This document shows positions 39,199 through 52,859 of a stretch of 64,000 nucleotides of DNA, piece after piece. The stretch spans positions 39,494,001 through 39,558,000 of the forward strand of contig NC_043001.1 in the NCBI RefSeq assembly GCF_006345805.1. Reading direction: 5' to 3'. Positions within the stretch are counted from its first letter, which is position 1, and each line of letters starts with the position of its first letter. A program made the position numbers and the translations under genes. The notes below the pieces were generated by a model. The model ran no database searches and was not told the origin of the DNA. It saw nothing but the letters and a program-made list of their open reading frames with translations. This stretch comes from Octopus sinensis. Its lineage: Eukaryota.

Positions 39199-39848
39199 TT
39201 GTCACTTTCAAGTGCTATTGGTAACATGTAACCCAGTACAGCCTGTTGCATGGTCGGGTCGTCGGCAACTAAACCGGCAACCCCACTAAGCTTGCTTGGT
39301 GAAGAGGGTGTTTATTGGACACCCTGTGGGAAGAAAATCAAAACCCGTCAAAGGGCGGAGGAACTCTTGAGAGTCAACGGCCATCCATTAAATGTCTTAA
39401 GGCTGTATCATGTGCGGGGACATAGAAATAATCGGACATAGAAATAATCAGACTGAATACCTGATCGCGTGGTTAAACCATTGGGAGTGAAGGACTCCTA
39501 GCCTTTGTTAGGGCATCTTTCCAGGAGAAGGTAACTCAGGTAACTGGGATAACTCCGACATAAAACCTACGGCTCAGTGGTTACTGATGATGTTGACTTG
39601 TTCTTCTTTTCGGATTATGGCTGCTGTTGCTTAGTGAGTGGGATTGACTCAGTGCACAGCCTTTTCTCACTTAAAAAAAAATCTTCTTGCACAGGCATTG
39701 CATGATAACAACATTGATTAAGCTTCGTGCAATGGCCATACTCAATAACGAGGGGGCAGCCACCATGTATGTATGTATGTGTGTGTATGTATGTATGTAT
39801 GTATGTAATGTATGTATGTGTGTGTGTGTATGTATGTATGTATGTATG

Positions 39849-39879
<31 letters not shown>

Positions 39880-39959
39880 TGTATGTATGTGTTTGTTCAC
39901 ACACAGAAGTACCAAACAAATGTTCACACATTGACTATAAAGTCAATATTTATTAAAAT

Positions 39960-40560
39960 ACATTTCATTTCCAAAATTGGATAGAATCTGCAGAGAGAAT
40001 TAAATTGTTTTATGAGCACATGCCTTCCAACAGATGACCATTCTGGTCCAAGCACTGGTGATAACACAGTACAATGGAATTGCAAACCTCCAGAAGCATT
40101 TCATTTGGTATATGTGGACATTCTTATCTTTTAAGTATCCCTATACAAAAAAGAGGTCGGTCTAGTAGTGAGAGATCTGATGAATGTGGAGAGTATTCTG
40201 CTGAACATCTTCATCCAATCCACCAGTTTGGCAAAATCTTATCAAGGTAGGTCCTTACATTACTATGATGATGTGGATGTTCCCCATCTTGCTGGAAATA
40301 AAACTCCACAACTTCAAGGTACTCTTTACTGCTTAGCAAACAGATTATCACAAGTTCAAGTAAATAACACCAGTCACAATACTGTCAAAAAAGTATTGTC
40401 CAATTCTTTTGATGATAAGCTGCATTGTGCTCTAAACCTGATAAATTAAAATGAATTCTCATTTGTGAATTCACAGATCCCTGGGAGAGTCGATTGTAAT
40501 AATTAATTGAACCCTTTAAATTAAATGTAGTCTCATCACATCAAACATTTTTTGTAGGAA
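39960..40560 (-). mobile_element. Tc1/mariner-superfamily transposase relic
   Basis: FYFQQDGEHPH..VRTYLD..WIG*..SPHSSDLSLLD. Confidence 0.8.
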
Positions 40561-41768
40561 AATGAGCATTTTCCAAATATCATTCCCAGAACTCTATTCT
40601 CCAGTTTGGATTAACTTCAGTAAGGACATGGATTATTCTTCGAATGTAACTTTTTTAATGACAGTGCTTTAAAATACACTAGAATCTTCCCAACTTGCAA
40701 ATTTATAGCTTCTATAAGTGAAAGGGAATTATTGTGAGATTATTGAAATGATAGAGTGGAGACATGTATATATGTGCTGTGTACAAGAGGCGTGATGGAA
40801 GGGAGCCTCAGCTAGATTGCTTGTGGGCAAGGAATATAGATATAAATTCTTTTGGGTAAGCAGTAATGATGAGTTCGATAGTATAGTATACTTTCGGCTG
40901 GAAATGGATAAGGTGATCAATGTACTCAGAGTGTGTTATAGCATTATTAGGCTAAGACTAGTCGTATAATGTGACAGTGACATTTATCTCTGCATATACT
41001 CCCCACACTGGCCTGACAATGAACAGAGGACCATTTCTATGAGTCCCTTTTGCAGAATACCTCAACAACAAAAGAAAGTGAACTTATTAATCATGGTTGA
41101 TGACTTCAATGGATATGTTGGGAAGCATTCCAATGGATTTCATGGTATGCATAGTTGTTATGGATTTGTACTAGAAATAAAGAACACTAACTTCAGAAAA
41201 CCAGCTAGCAACTTATTGATCTGGAGGGCTCATAAACCAGATAACTTCTCACCAGAAACAGGGGCAAGCAGATGCCAATGAATGTGAAGTTCTTCTCTGG
41301 TTGAGATTGCATAACTCAACATATGTTAGTAGTTAGTGACTTTATACTTTAGGGCTTTACAGAGTCACAGATTTAGAGATGTTCTAATTGAAGCATTTGA
41401 TGAGGAGGAGGACATAGAGACATATAACATAGAGAACAACATGAAATTTTTACAAGATAACCAACTGAGGATGACAAGTGGATAACCAACTGAGGGCATT
41501 GCAAACAGAGTTGGTACAGAAACAATTGTAACAAATCATTAAAGATGTGTTAAAGAATTTTCTTTGTTTTATCATTTTGATTAGAATTTACTCTTCACCA
41601 AACTCACTTTATGATGTGATTGTCATGAAATAAGGATTATCTACAACTGAGGAATTTGGACATTGGCCTGGAATCTGACAGTGTTGATAGCCCAGTATTT
41701 GAGCTGAATGCTTCTTTGAAAATTACCTACCTTTACACTCAACCAAGACCTAAGACTTTTACCCCATA

Positions 41769-41807
<39 letters not shown>

Positions 41808-42234
41808 GAAGGCACATGGCTTAATGGTTAGGTTGTTGCACTCATGATTGTGAGTTCCTGGGTCCCAGACTGGGCATTACATTGTGTTTTTGAGCAAAGC
41901 ACTTCATTTCAGGTTCTTCTGTGATCATTTCATCATCTGACATGTGGCACATGCTGCACCTGTACAGGTAATGTCAATTTGATGAAGGGGTAAGCTTCTG
42001 TGTACACAAACATTTGATCACTACAAATCATCTGTGTGGTTGTTCGGCAAGAAATTACCAAACCTTAATACATCATCTAACAAAGGGAGAGTCCATGATA
42101 TATATACAAAATTCACCAGTATCTTTACTATTTCCTATCAATAACAGCTAAAGAGCTAGAAACACATCTGGGATAGTAGCAATGGATAGATAGGACATTT
42201 TTACAACTTTTTACTATTTTTTCTCTGTGCTAAC

Positions 42235-43100
42235 TGCAGTGAATTTGTCTTCAGGAGTGGCCATGAGAATGAGAATGGGTCCCAACTATGCGAACCTGTT
42301 CATTGGCTACATTGAGACCCAAATATTTTCAAGATCCATCGATCCCATTCCTGAACTATACAATCATTATATTGATGATTGTATCAGTGCAAGCTCACTC
42401 TTCTGCAAACAACTAGACTCCTTCCTCTCTTTTGTCCAGTGCTTCCACCCTGTCCTTGAATTCTCCTGCACCATTTCCAACACTTCCGTCACCTTTCTTG
42501 ACATTTTGGTCAATATAAACAACTCCGCACTCACTACCTCCATCCACTACAAACACACTGACTCACACTCATACCTCATCTTCTCCTCCTCCCACCCTAC
42601 TCGAACCAAGCTCTCTATCACCTACTCCCAATTCCTCCATTTGCGCAGGCTCTGCAGTGGCAATCATGACTTTGAGACTCAGTCTCAACTAATGGCTCAC
42701 TACTTCATCCTTCATGGGCATCCCCTCACCACTATCCACACCACCCATGCCAGAGCATGTTCCATGGACGGTGCCTCTGCTCTCTCTCTCCACAGACCTG
42801 CCCCACCATTGTCATCTCCTGTTTCCCCTCATTTACTACCCCTCCACCCTACCCCTCCAATGTACCATTCTCCAAGCCTTTTTGGAGACTCCAATCTGAC
42901 CCCTCCACTTCGCACATCTTCCCCAACTTACCCCTTCCCACTTTCAAATGAGCCCACAACCTGTGTGGCCTCCTGGTCCACAGTTTCTTCCCTAACCCCA
43001 CCTCCAAACCTGGCTTGTTCCCATGCTGCCACACTTGCTCCTACCTCTTCAACACCACCATCCTCACAGGCACCCATCATCATCCCAGAGAGAATGCCAA
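42235..43100 (+). mobile_element. Penelope-like RT fragment
   Basis: GVAM..MGPNYANLFIG, HYIDDCI, TFLDI, HYKHTDSHSYL..SSHP. Confidence 0.88.
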
Positions 43101-43189
43101 GACAGCAGGGATAGGAGATGATGAGCAAAAATCTCAAATCATCTAAATAGGCCACTAAAGGATAACAAACAATCCTACCGCAAACGAAC

Positions 43190-45170
43190 ATTGTTTGAGA
43201 TCGAAATTGAACTCAAATGCTCCCATGAAAAGGAGAGGGTAGAAAAGGAGGCCAGAGCTGTTAAAAATATTAAGACAACCCCTAAATCCTTCTATAGATA
43301 TACAAAAGAAGCTGCTTCAGTATGGTACAAAATAGGGCCAATACTTGAAGAAAATGGCTCACTGACTGCAGACCCCCAGAGGATCAGTGAAATATTGAAT
43401 GAACAATACAAGAGTGCTTTCACAACTCCACTGGAACTCTTGCAAGTAGCTATGCCTGATGAGTTCTTTGGCTCCACAGATCTACACAAAAAATGACAAT
43501 TATTGAAAGCATCAACGTATAGGAAACTGATGTGATATCAGCCATTGATGAGATGAGCTCAAACTCAGCAACAAGCCCTAATGGATTCCCAACAATCCTC
43601 CTAAAGAAATGCAAAGGGGGTCTAGCTAGACCACTTCAGATTCTCTTTCAGAGTTTCCTCACAACAGGGAGGCTTTCCAAAAAGTTAAAGGAAGGCATTA
43701 AAGGAGGTAGCAGAGCAGACTTTAAGAATTATAGATCTGTCTCTCTAACTTACCATATCAGCAAAGTCATGGAGCACATTGTCAGGAAGAAAATAATTGC
43801 ATTTCTTGAAGATAATGATTTGCTTCCTGATATGCAGCATGGCTTTCACTCAGACAGAAGCTGCCTTACACAGCTTTTTAAACACTATGACTGGATGTTG
43901 AAACAATTAATGAATCGCTCAAATGTAGATGTGATATAGCTTTACTTTGGGAAGGCCTTTGATAAGGTTGATCATGGGATGATATGTCACAAACTACAGA
44001 GACTCAGCATAACTGGGGAAATTGGAGAGTGGCTGCATGACTTCTTAAAAGACAGAAGCTAGGCTGTTGCAGCCAATGGAGCCCTCTTCACAGAGACATT
44101 AATAGAAAGTGTAGTGCCTCAAAGAACTGTATTGGGGCCACTACTGTTCATGGTGGCTCTTTCAGTTACATAGCCACACTTACTAGCTATGCCAATGGCA
44201 CAAAAGTAGTACAAGCAGTCGAGAAACCTTCTGATGCTAGGCTTCTACAGAAAGACCTAGATGCCATATATAAATGGGCTGAGGACAACAGCATGCAATT
44301 TAATGCAGGCAAATTCCAAGCCCTCCGCTACCAGTTATTTGTTGTTCAGAAGTCACACCAGCGATACTTTGGACCAAAAGGAGCAGAAAACCTAGAATCA
44401 CATACGGTGCATGGTCTTGGGATTGATATGAGCAACGGTGCCTTATTTCACATGCTTGTCACCAAGATGGTGGCAGTGTGCAGGCAAATGGCCAGATGGA
44501 TTCTGAGAACCTTCAGAACAAGGGAACAGGAAACTATGCTGGTCCTATGGAGGACATTTGTCCTCAGCCATCTGGACTACTGCTCTCAACAATAGTCACC
44601 CTACACTGTAGGATTAATAGCAGAACTTGAGATGGTTCAGAGATACAACACGAGGAAGACTGCATCAATGGAACAACTGAGCTACTGGGAGAGACTGAAA
44701 GAGCTATGATTCTATTCCCTGGAGTGAAGATCGGAGAGGTATGCAGTGATATATGCATGGAAGATACAGGAGGGGCTGGCACCAAACTTTGGAATTGTGA
44801 GTTATACCAGACCTTGAAATGAATGTTACTGCACTGTTCCAAAAGTCCCAGATGTCTCATCTAGGGTGAGGGCCATATACTGCAATAGCTTTGGATTCAA
44901 GAGCCCACAGCTATTTAACTCCTTGCCAAAATATCTGAGGGACTTCCATGGAGTGGGAGTAAATGTTTTCAAGAAAACACTTGGCCTCTTACTATCCAAG
45001 ATCCCAGATGAACCAATATTAAGGCAAGAAACTCAAAAGAGGGCAGCAATATCAAACTCCTTCTGTCACCAGGAGCCAAACAGATAGAATTGGCCAATTA
45101 ATAGGTAATTACAATAGCAATGCTCCAGCATAGCCACTACCTCAAGGCTGAAACATATAAAGGAATAAGA
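43190..45170 (+). mobile_element. CR1-clade LINE, 5'-truncated and decayed
   Basis: SFYRY, NYRSVSLT.HISKVMEHIV, QHGF, FGKAFDKVDHG, HLDYCSQ, YWERLKEL. Confidence 0.92.
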
Positions 45171-45219
45171 GAATATATATATATATATATTTATTTATTT
45201 ATAAATATATGTATATATG

Positions 45220-45313
<94 letters not shown>

Positions 45314-45601
45314 CACACATCATCATCATCATTGTTTAACATCCATTTTCCATGCTAGCACGGTTTGGACGGTTTGACCGGGGCCGAGAAAGCCAGAAGG
45401 CTGCACCAGGCTCCAGTCTGATCTGGCAGTGTTTCTACAGCTGGATACCCTTCCTAACGCCAACCACTCCGTGAGTGTAGTGGGTGCTTTTTATGTGCCA
45501 CCAGCACAGAAGCTTCGGCCACATTTGGATGGTGCTTTTTACGTACAGGTATCATAACTGCAATTTCCATTTGATATGTATATGTATTTGTGTGTATATA
45601 T

Positions 45602-45639
<38 letters not shown>

Positions 45640-45671
45640 ATGTATATATGTATATATATATGTATGTATAT

Positions 45672-46860
45672 AACCGAGGGAGCAAGCAGGCTTCCGGAAG
45701 AACTACAGCTCAATGGACCATATATTTGCTCTAACGCAACTGCTTGAGCGAGCAAATGAGTACAAGCTGCCTCTTTGCATTGCGTTTATAGATTATGAGA
45801 AGGCCTTCGATAGCATTGAAACCAACGCAGTGCTGAACTCACAGCTGAGGCAAGGAATCGAAGCGCAATATGTGCAGCTGCTCAGAGAGGCAAATTCCAG
45901 ATGCACCACCGACATAGCTCTACTGTCATCACCCATACGAGTGCAGGTCGAGAAGGGAGTGAAGCAAGGAGATACAATCTCCCCAAAACTTTTCACTGCA
46001 TGTCTCAAACAGATCATCAGAGGCATCGAATGGCAAGGTGGTGTCAACATCAATGGCAAGCTCCTCACTCACCTCCGTTTCATTGACGACATCATACTCA
46101 TTGCTGAAAACATGGATCAGCTTCAGACCATGCTGACGGAGCTCAACATCAAAAGTTCTGCAGTAGGTCTCAAGATGAACCGCATGAAAACAAAGTTCAT
46201 GCGGTCAGATAACGTACCAACAGGTCGAATAGTGATCGGCAGTGATGAAATAGAGGAGGTGAGAGAATATGTCTACCTGGGACAGGAAGTAAATATGCGC
46301 CGGGATATCAAAAAGGAGATCCCACGGAGAGTAAGGGCCGGATGGAAGGCGTTCAATGGCATAAGGGATGTGCTCAAGGGAAGGTTGGACAGGACCACCC
46401 GCGCCAACCTCATTAACAGTGCAGTTCTGCCTGCAATGTTATATGGTAGTGAAACATGGGCTACCACAAAGAGAGAAGAGCAAAGACTGGTAACGGCTCA
46501 AAGAGCCATGGAAAGGTCAATGCTTGGTATCTCGTTGAGAGAGCACATAAATAACAAGATCATCAGAAAGAAGTCCGGCGTGAGAGATGTCATCGCAGAG
46601 TATACTCACAGCAAGTATAGATGGGCTGGACATGTCGCCCGGCTCACCGATAATCGGTGGACGCACGCAGTTGTCGAGTGGTACCCGCGTGAGCGGAAAA
46701 GACCACCCAGAAGACCTCCACGATGGTGGAGTGACGATTTCAAGAGGACGATTGGGATCACGTAGATGAGAAAGGTGTGATCCAGAGAGGAGTGGACAGC
46801 GTGCTGTGACCAGCGGTGTCAAATGGACGCCTGACGGACTGGTCGGTCAAAGTGAAAGTG
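45672..46860 (+). mobile_element. RTE-1-like LINE, 5'-truncated, open 350-aa RT frame
   Basis: DHIF, FIDYEKAFDS, GVKQGDTISPKLF, HLRFIDDI, YVYLG, WAGHVAR. Confidence 0.95.
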
Positions 46861-46894
46861 ATATATATATATATATATATATATATAAGAAATA

Positions 46895-49640
46895 AAAGAA
46901 GGAAAATGCACACAGTTTACACAGTTTTAATACATCTTTTAATATATTTTAGATTGTTTGTTGACTGGTTTCACTTTTGCTCATCATGACATTGAAATTA
47001 TTGTAATTTCGTATTTTCTTAACAAGATTTTAGACTATGCTGTGTGTGGAGAAAATTACGAATGACTGATTCAACAAGTAGAAAAATTTAAGGGAAGGTA
47101 ATTGGTGATCGTTATTATTGGGGACAGGGGAGGTAATTGGTCATTTTTTGCTACATAGAAACGGCCTAACAGAAAAAGAAATAGATTATATTACGAATTT
47201 AAATGTAAACCTAGTCTGTTTTATGGCCTACCTAAAATACACAAGAGCAAGATAGTTAATGAAGCCTGCAAACAATCACCAGGCAAATGCATAAATATCC
47301 AAGCACCAGAAGACCCATTATAGCTGGCCCAGCCTGTGAAACTCACCACCTAAGCAATTTTCTACACATCCTTCTGAAACCTTTGCTGAAATACATCAAA
47401 AGTTTCATTAGAGGTGATCTAAATATGTTAGAGCACCTACCAAAAACAACCAATGAAGAGGCATTATTGGTTTCCTTCGACGTTATTAACTTTTAAACAA
47501 ACATTCCACATGACTATGGAATAGAAGAAATCAAATTCTGATTCGAAAAGTACCTCGAAATACTTCCGGAAAGCATAAATCAGGTCTTTATTATTGAATT
47601 TTTAAAATTTATACTACAGAACATTTATTTCTTATTTGATGACACCTACTATCTTCAAAAATGTGGAAATGTGATGGGAACGAAAGCAGCCCTTGTTCTT
47701 GTGAACCTAATAATGGGTTATTTTGAATTCATCATATATGAGGTGTCACTGCATAAATATGGATATCCATTTCACTATTATATAAGAGAGAACTGGAAGA
47801 TACCTTGAAGACTGTTTTATCATTTGGAAGGAGACCACTGATAAACTTTTGAAATCCAAATCAATACTAAATAATATAAGTCCTAGCATTCAATTCACAA
47901 TGGAATATAGCAAAGAACAGCCCCGCCCCCTTTTTGGATATTTTGATAAAAAAAAGTCAACAACCAAATTATAACTGAGATCTATCATAAACCAACAGAC
48001 TCGAAGAAATATCTCCTGTTTAGCTCATGCCACCAACACATCAAAGTAAGTATCCTATTTAATTTAGCAAAAAGGATGGACTGGCTTCTGTGCAGGTAGC
48101 ATGTAAAAAACACCATTTGAGCGTGGCTGTTGCCAGTACTGCCTGACTGGCCCTCGTGCCAGTGGCATGTGAAAATACCCACAACACTTGGAGTGGTTGG
48201 CGTTAGTTAGAGCATCCAGCTGTAGAAACCCTGCCAGATCAGATTTGAGCTTGGTGCAGCCATCTGGTTTGCCAGTCCTCAGTTAAATCATCCAACCCAT
48301 GCCAGCATGGAAAGCGGACGTTAAACGATGCTGATGATAATGATGATGATGATGATGATTTTCACAATAGTGTTTGATTGAACTACTCAGGACTTTCATC
48401 TTCAAGACCTCAGAACAACACTAACTGAAGGACAATATCCACCCTCAGTTATAGATGATAGAACTAAGCATGCTAAGAAATTAGACATAAAAACACTAAA
48501 GACAGCAAAACATAATACTACACATCATCTCAAAATGCTACTGAATATATCAAGTCACAACCCTAGAAACAATGTACAAAATCTTCCTATGCTAACCAGA
48601 GATCCAAAAATGAACAACATTCTGAAAACACATAAATTCATCAAATGTAAAAAACAACACAAATTGCTAAAGAGACTTCTAACAAATGCGAAACTTTACA
48701 CAACTAATGGTTGAAAAATGTGGACACCCAAACTGGGGAACATGCTGCAACCTACTTGAAGGCTCAGAATTCCTTTTCAAACAAGGAGAGAGGTTCACAA
48801 TTAAACCAACTTCCCTTGTGCCTCCTAGAATATAATTTATGTTATCACTTGCTCAGTTTATAGACATACCTATATAGGACAGACTAGTATGACACTGAGA
48901 CAGAGAATCACTACATAAAAAGCAGATCCAGTTCCTGCAATACAGACAAATGCCTTTGAGTGAACACATAGAGAGATGTGCAGGTAATATCCAACCAAAC
49001 TTCACAGTTTCCCCCTTCTGTCAGTGCAAAGAAACAATTTCTATACAAGAACGTTTAAATAAAGAAAATTTGTCCATCAAAATATATAGAACATGTCTAA
49101 ATATGCATGCATAATCAACTTTAATTTCAGTATATATTTCAATTCATGATTACATACCCATCACTGTACATATTTCTCCTCACTACTTTAGCTTTTGAAT
49201 TTTTGTGTATATTTTCCCTCGCCATAAAAACGACCAAATTATCTCCCCTGTCCCCAATAATAACGATCACCAATTACCTACCCCCGCTTAGATTTTTCTA
49301 CTTGTTGAATCATTGATTCATAAATTTCTCCACAAACAACATGAACTAAAATCTTATTAAAAAAATATGAAATTACAATAATTTCAATGTCATGATTAGC
49401 AAAAGCAAAACTGGTTGACAAACGCAATATAAAATATATCAAAACTATGTAAACTGTGTGCTGTTTCCTTCTTTTATTTCTTATACATGTTTTTTGCATT
49501 ACAACTCACCACGTGGGAATAATCGAAATTTCCCCCTTTGTGTTACTGTATATATATATATTCTTGTGTCTGGGGAGACTCATTCTCTTTTAGTGCCTTA
49601 GTATTTAACACACTCACCAATAAAGTTTCCACTTATTTTA
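46895..49640 (+). mobile_element. Penelope-like element (RT + GIY-YIG) with an inverted terminal-repeat copy at the 5' side
   Basis: YGLPKIHK, RPIIAGP, LVSFDV, MGTKAA; GIY-YIG-like YVITC..YIGQT. About 46900-47150 is the inverse of about 49230-49490. Confidence 0.88.
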
Positions 49641-50894
49641 GTTTCCTAAATTATATATGTGTGTGTGTGTATGTATATGTAGTTGAAAAATATTGTTATA
49701 GGTATAAATATATCATAAACAATTATATAAAAATTGTTTATGGTATATTTATAACGATATTTTTCAACTACTATTTTCCTATTCTTATTACTTGCTCTGG
49801 CTGTTTTTTTATAAATATGATGATCTTTATTAGAAATCAATATTTTCTCTCTTTTTAGACTTCTCAAAAAGTTTGAATTGTTCTTTTTTTAACTTTTTGT
49901 TTCCCATGTATGTATATGTATATGTATATGTATGTAGGTAAATAGATATAAATGTAAACAGATAGACATACAAATGGATAGATAGATAGGTAATATAAAT
50001 AGAGAAGCAGACTTACACACATACATATGCAAATTAAGACTGAAACACGTGATCATATACACACACTTCACTTCACACAAGGACAGATAGGGAGACACAC
50101 ATCCATACATTCAGACACAGTACCTAGTCACAAAAACCCATACACAGACACACTCAGACATGTACACACACACACATGCAAACACACAAACACATGAATA
50201 TGCAGAAGACATACATACAAACGTACACACATACATATATATATACGCACACACATGCACATACATGTATACACACATGCATGCATACATATATGCATAC
50301 ATACATGTGTATGCACACATACACTGACCCACACACATTGGCATAAACAAACAAAAAGAATGCAGCTCAGATGACAGACAGAGTCAATGACTTTTGAAAA
50401 GGTTGCAAGATGCAACAAAAATTTTAGGAAAAATATATAAGTAAATGAGTGGAAACTTTACCGGTGAGTGTGTTAAATAATAAGTCACTAAAGGAGAATG
50501 ACTCTCCCCAGACACAACAAAATATGCTTCAACACACAAACTCACATAAAGAATCTTGCAAACCAAATCCAAAAATGAAGAATATATTTATTTATATATA
50601 TGTATATGTCCCTCTATGTATGTACATGTACATATGTGTGTGTGTGTGGTGTGTGTGTGTGTGTGCGTGCCCGCATGTTTATGCATGTATTACACACACA
50701 TGTACTACATGGATATATTTTCAACTGAGAGGTCACAACCATATCTGATTCTTCAAGTGCTTCAATTCTGAATACGTACATACATTTACTAGATTTGCTG
50801 ACATGTATCAATGTTTTCTGGCATTGTGATGATGCACTATTTTCTATCAGTAATAAAACTGTCAACATTTTTGTTGACACGGGTATGCTAGTAT

Positions 50895-51008
<114 letters not shown>

Positions 51009-51169
51009 CATATATATATTATATTATATTATATTATATTGCATGCTAACATAAGCTACTGTGCATCTTTATCAGACAGTTAAATAGATGTAAAAAATCC
51101 AGCTTTAAACAGAATTTAAACTTTGTTATTGAACAGTTGAAATTATAAAGAAAGTTACACTTTCTTGTA

Positions 51170-51269
51170 NNNNNNNNNNNNNNNNNNNNNNNNNNNNNNN
51201 NNNNNNNNNNNNNNNNNNNNNNNNNNNNNNNNNNNNNNNNNNNNNNNNNNNNNNNNNNNNNNNNNNNNN
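51170..51269. other. Assembly gap (100 N, true size unknown)
   Basis: Run of N. Confidence 1.
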
Positions 51270-52859
51270 GCCCAGAAAATGTGCCATAAATGTGTACACA
51301 ACCAACTCCCAAGCCAAGACTGCCTTCTAGTGGCATCTCTACAACCACAGGTTCCCTTTCAGGATTCTGGGAAGAAAATATGTCACATCTCTGGAGAGCC
51401 ACATATGGAATCTCGAAGATAGAGGAACCCAATACACTATCAAGTGGAGGATCATAGAGCAGCCGGGGTTGCTATATTAACAGGAGCAGATGCTACAAAC
51501 TTTGTATGGCTGAGTGTGAAAGGATCCTCAAAGACCCCTGAAACCAGGGATTGAATTCATTGGTAAGAAAATTTACAGCCCCTGCAGGCATTTCAAATGC
51601 TACCTGCTGTATTCCTATGTCCCATAATTGAAGAACTACATGCCTTCAGGTTTAGAGTCTGATGAGTCATCCATGGAGCTAAAACTCTGTAGGGATACAA
51701 AACCATTGATCTTTATGTCTGGACAAATTCTTAACTGCATATAAATACATTACTGCTCTATACTTTAGACCTTTTGGAGATATACTGTGATTGGGAAGAA
51801 CTAAAGTGAGATCACAGCCATGGCTGATGCCAGTGTTGCATGTCGGCCCATTTAGAGTACCCCTGATGTGTCAGTTGATATGATATGCTGAGAAGACCTG
51901 TTGAATCAAGTAAAATCAAAATCGTAGCTGTGGCCAGTGCCCCATGACTAGCTCCGATGCTGGTGGCATGTAAAAAGCACTATCCAAATGTGATCGATGC
52001 AAGAACGCTTGACCAGCCCCTATGCTGGTGGTACATAAAAAGCACCATCTGAATGTGGCCCATGCCAGTACCCTACAACTGGCTCATGTGCTGGTGGCAT
52101 GAAAAACCACTATCCAAACACAAATGAATAGATGACATGAATGTATTCATGCATGTATATGTGCATGTATTTTCTTATTGAGTTTGGAAGCTGAGGCTTG
52201 CCCATGACCTTTATAAGTCTTCTAAGACTGACGAGCTTGCTTTAATGTTCTTTGAACTGTTGCAGGCCAATACCTACAGAGAATGCTATAACAAAGAGAA
52301 GATTCCTGAAGGATGATGTTCTGGAAGACAGGAAAAAGGATTCTTAGTGTGGGCTAAGGATGTGGATACACCAAAAATGACAAGAGTTAGAAAGGCAAGT
52401 GGGACAGGGGGTCACATTGTTGTAAAATACAAAACCAACCAGCTCAAAGGTACCTAATGACCCTGTGTTGGTAGTGATAGAGAAAAGACAAAAGAGAAGA
52501 CAGCATGTCTGTGAACCAGGAACTGAAGAGTGTCTGTTGTGACTCAATACCAGTCAGTTGGATGGCTCTTCTTTTGGTGTGATTGTGCATATCACAGCAC
52601 TGTACTAGATGTGGAAGGAGTACTTTATTGTAACGCTCTTGAGCCTTGTAGAATATCATTCTCCATTGGAGACTAAAGAGAGGGGCTAGTCTTCAGGATA
52701 CAGTTCAAGCTATGCTAAGGATGTTGCTGTTGCCAAGAAAGATCCTCAGTGATAATAAGACCAGCATTGGAAGCCACTGAGTGGGCTATAGCTGAATTCC
52801 ATTCATGTTTTGTTGGGTGCGGTGCAGTGGAATTTTCTTTATATAATTGGTGCATGAGT

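Noticed and set aside
51655-51700. CTGATGAG...AAAAC hammerhead-like string
   Set aside because: G12 is absent and no helix I forms after a valid triplet.
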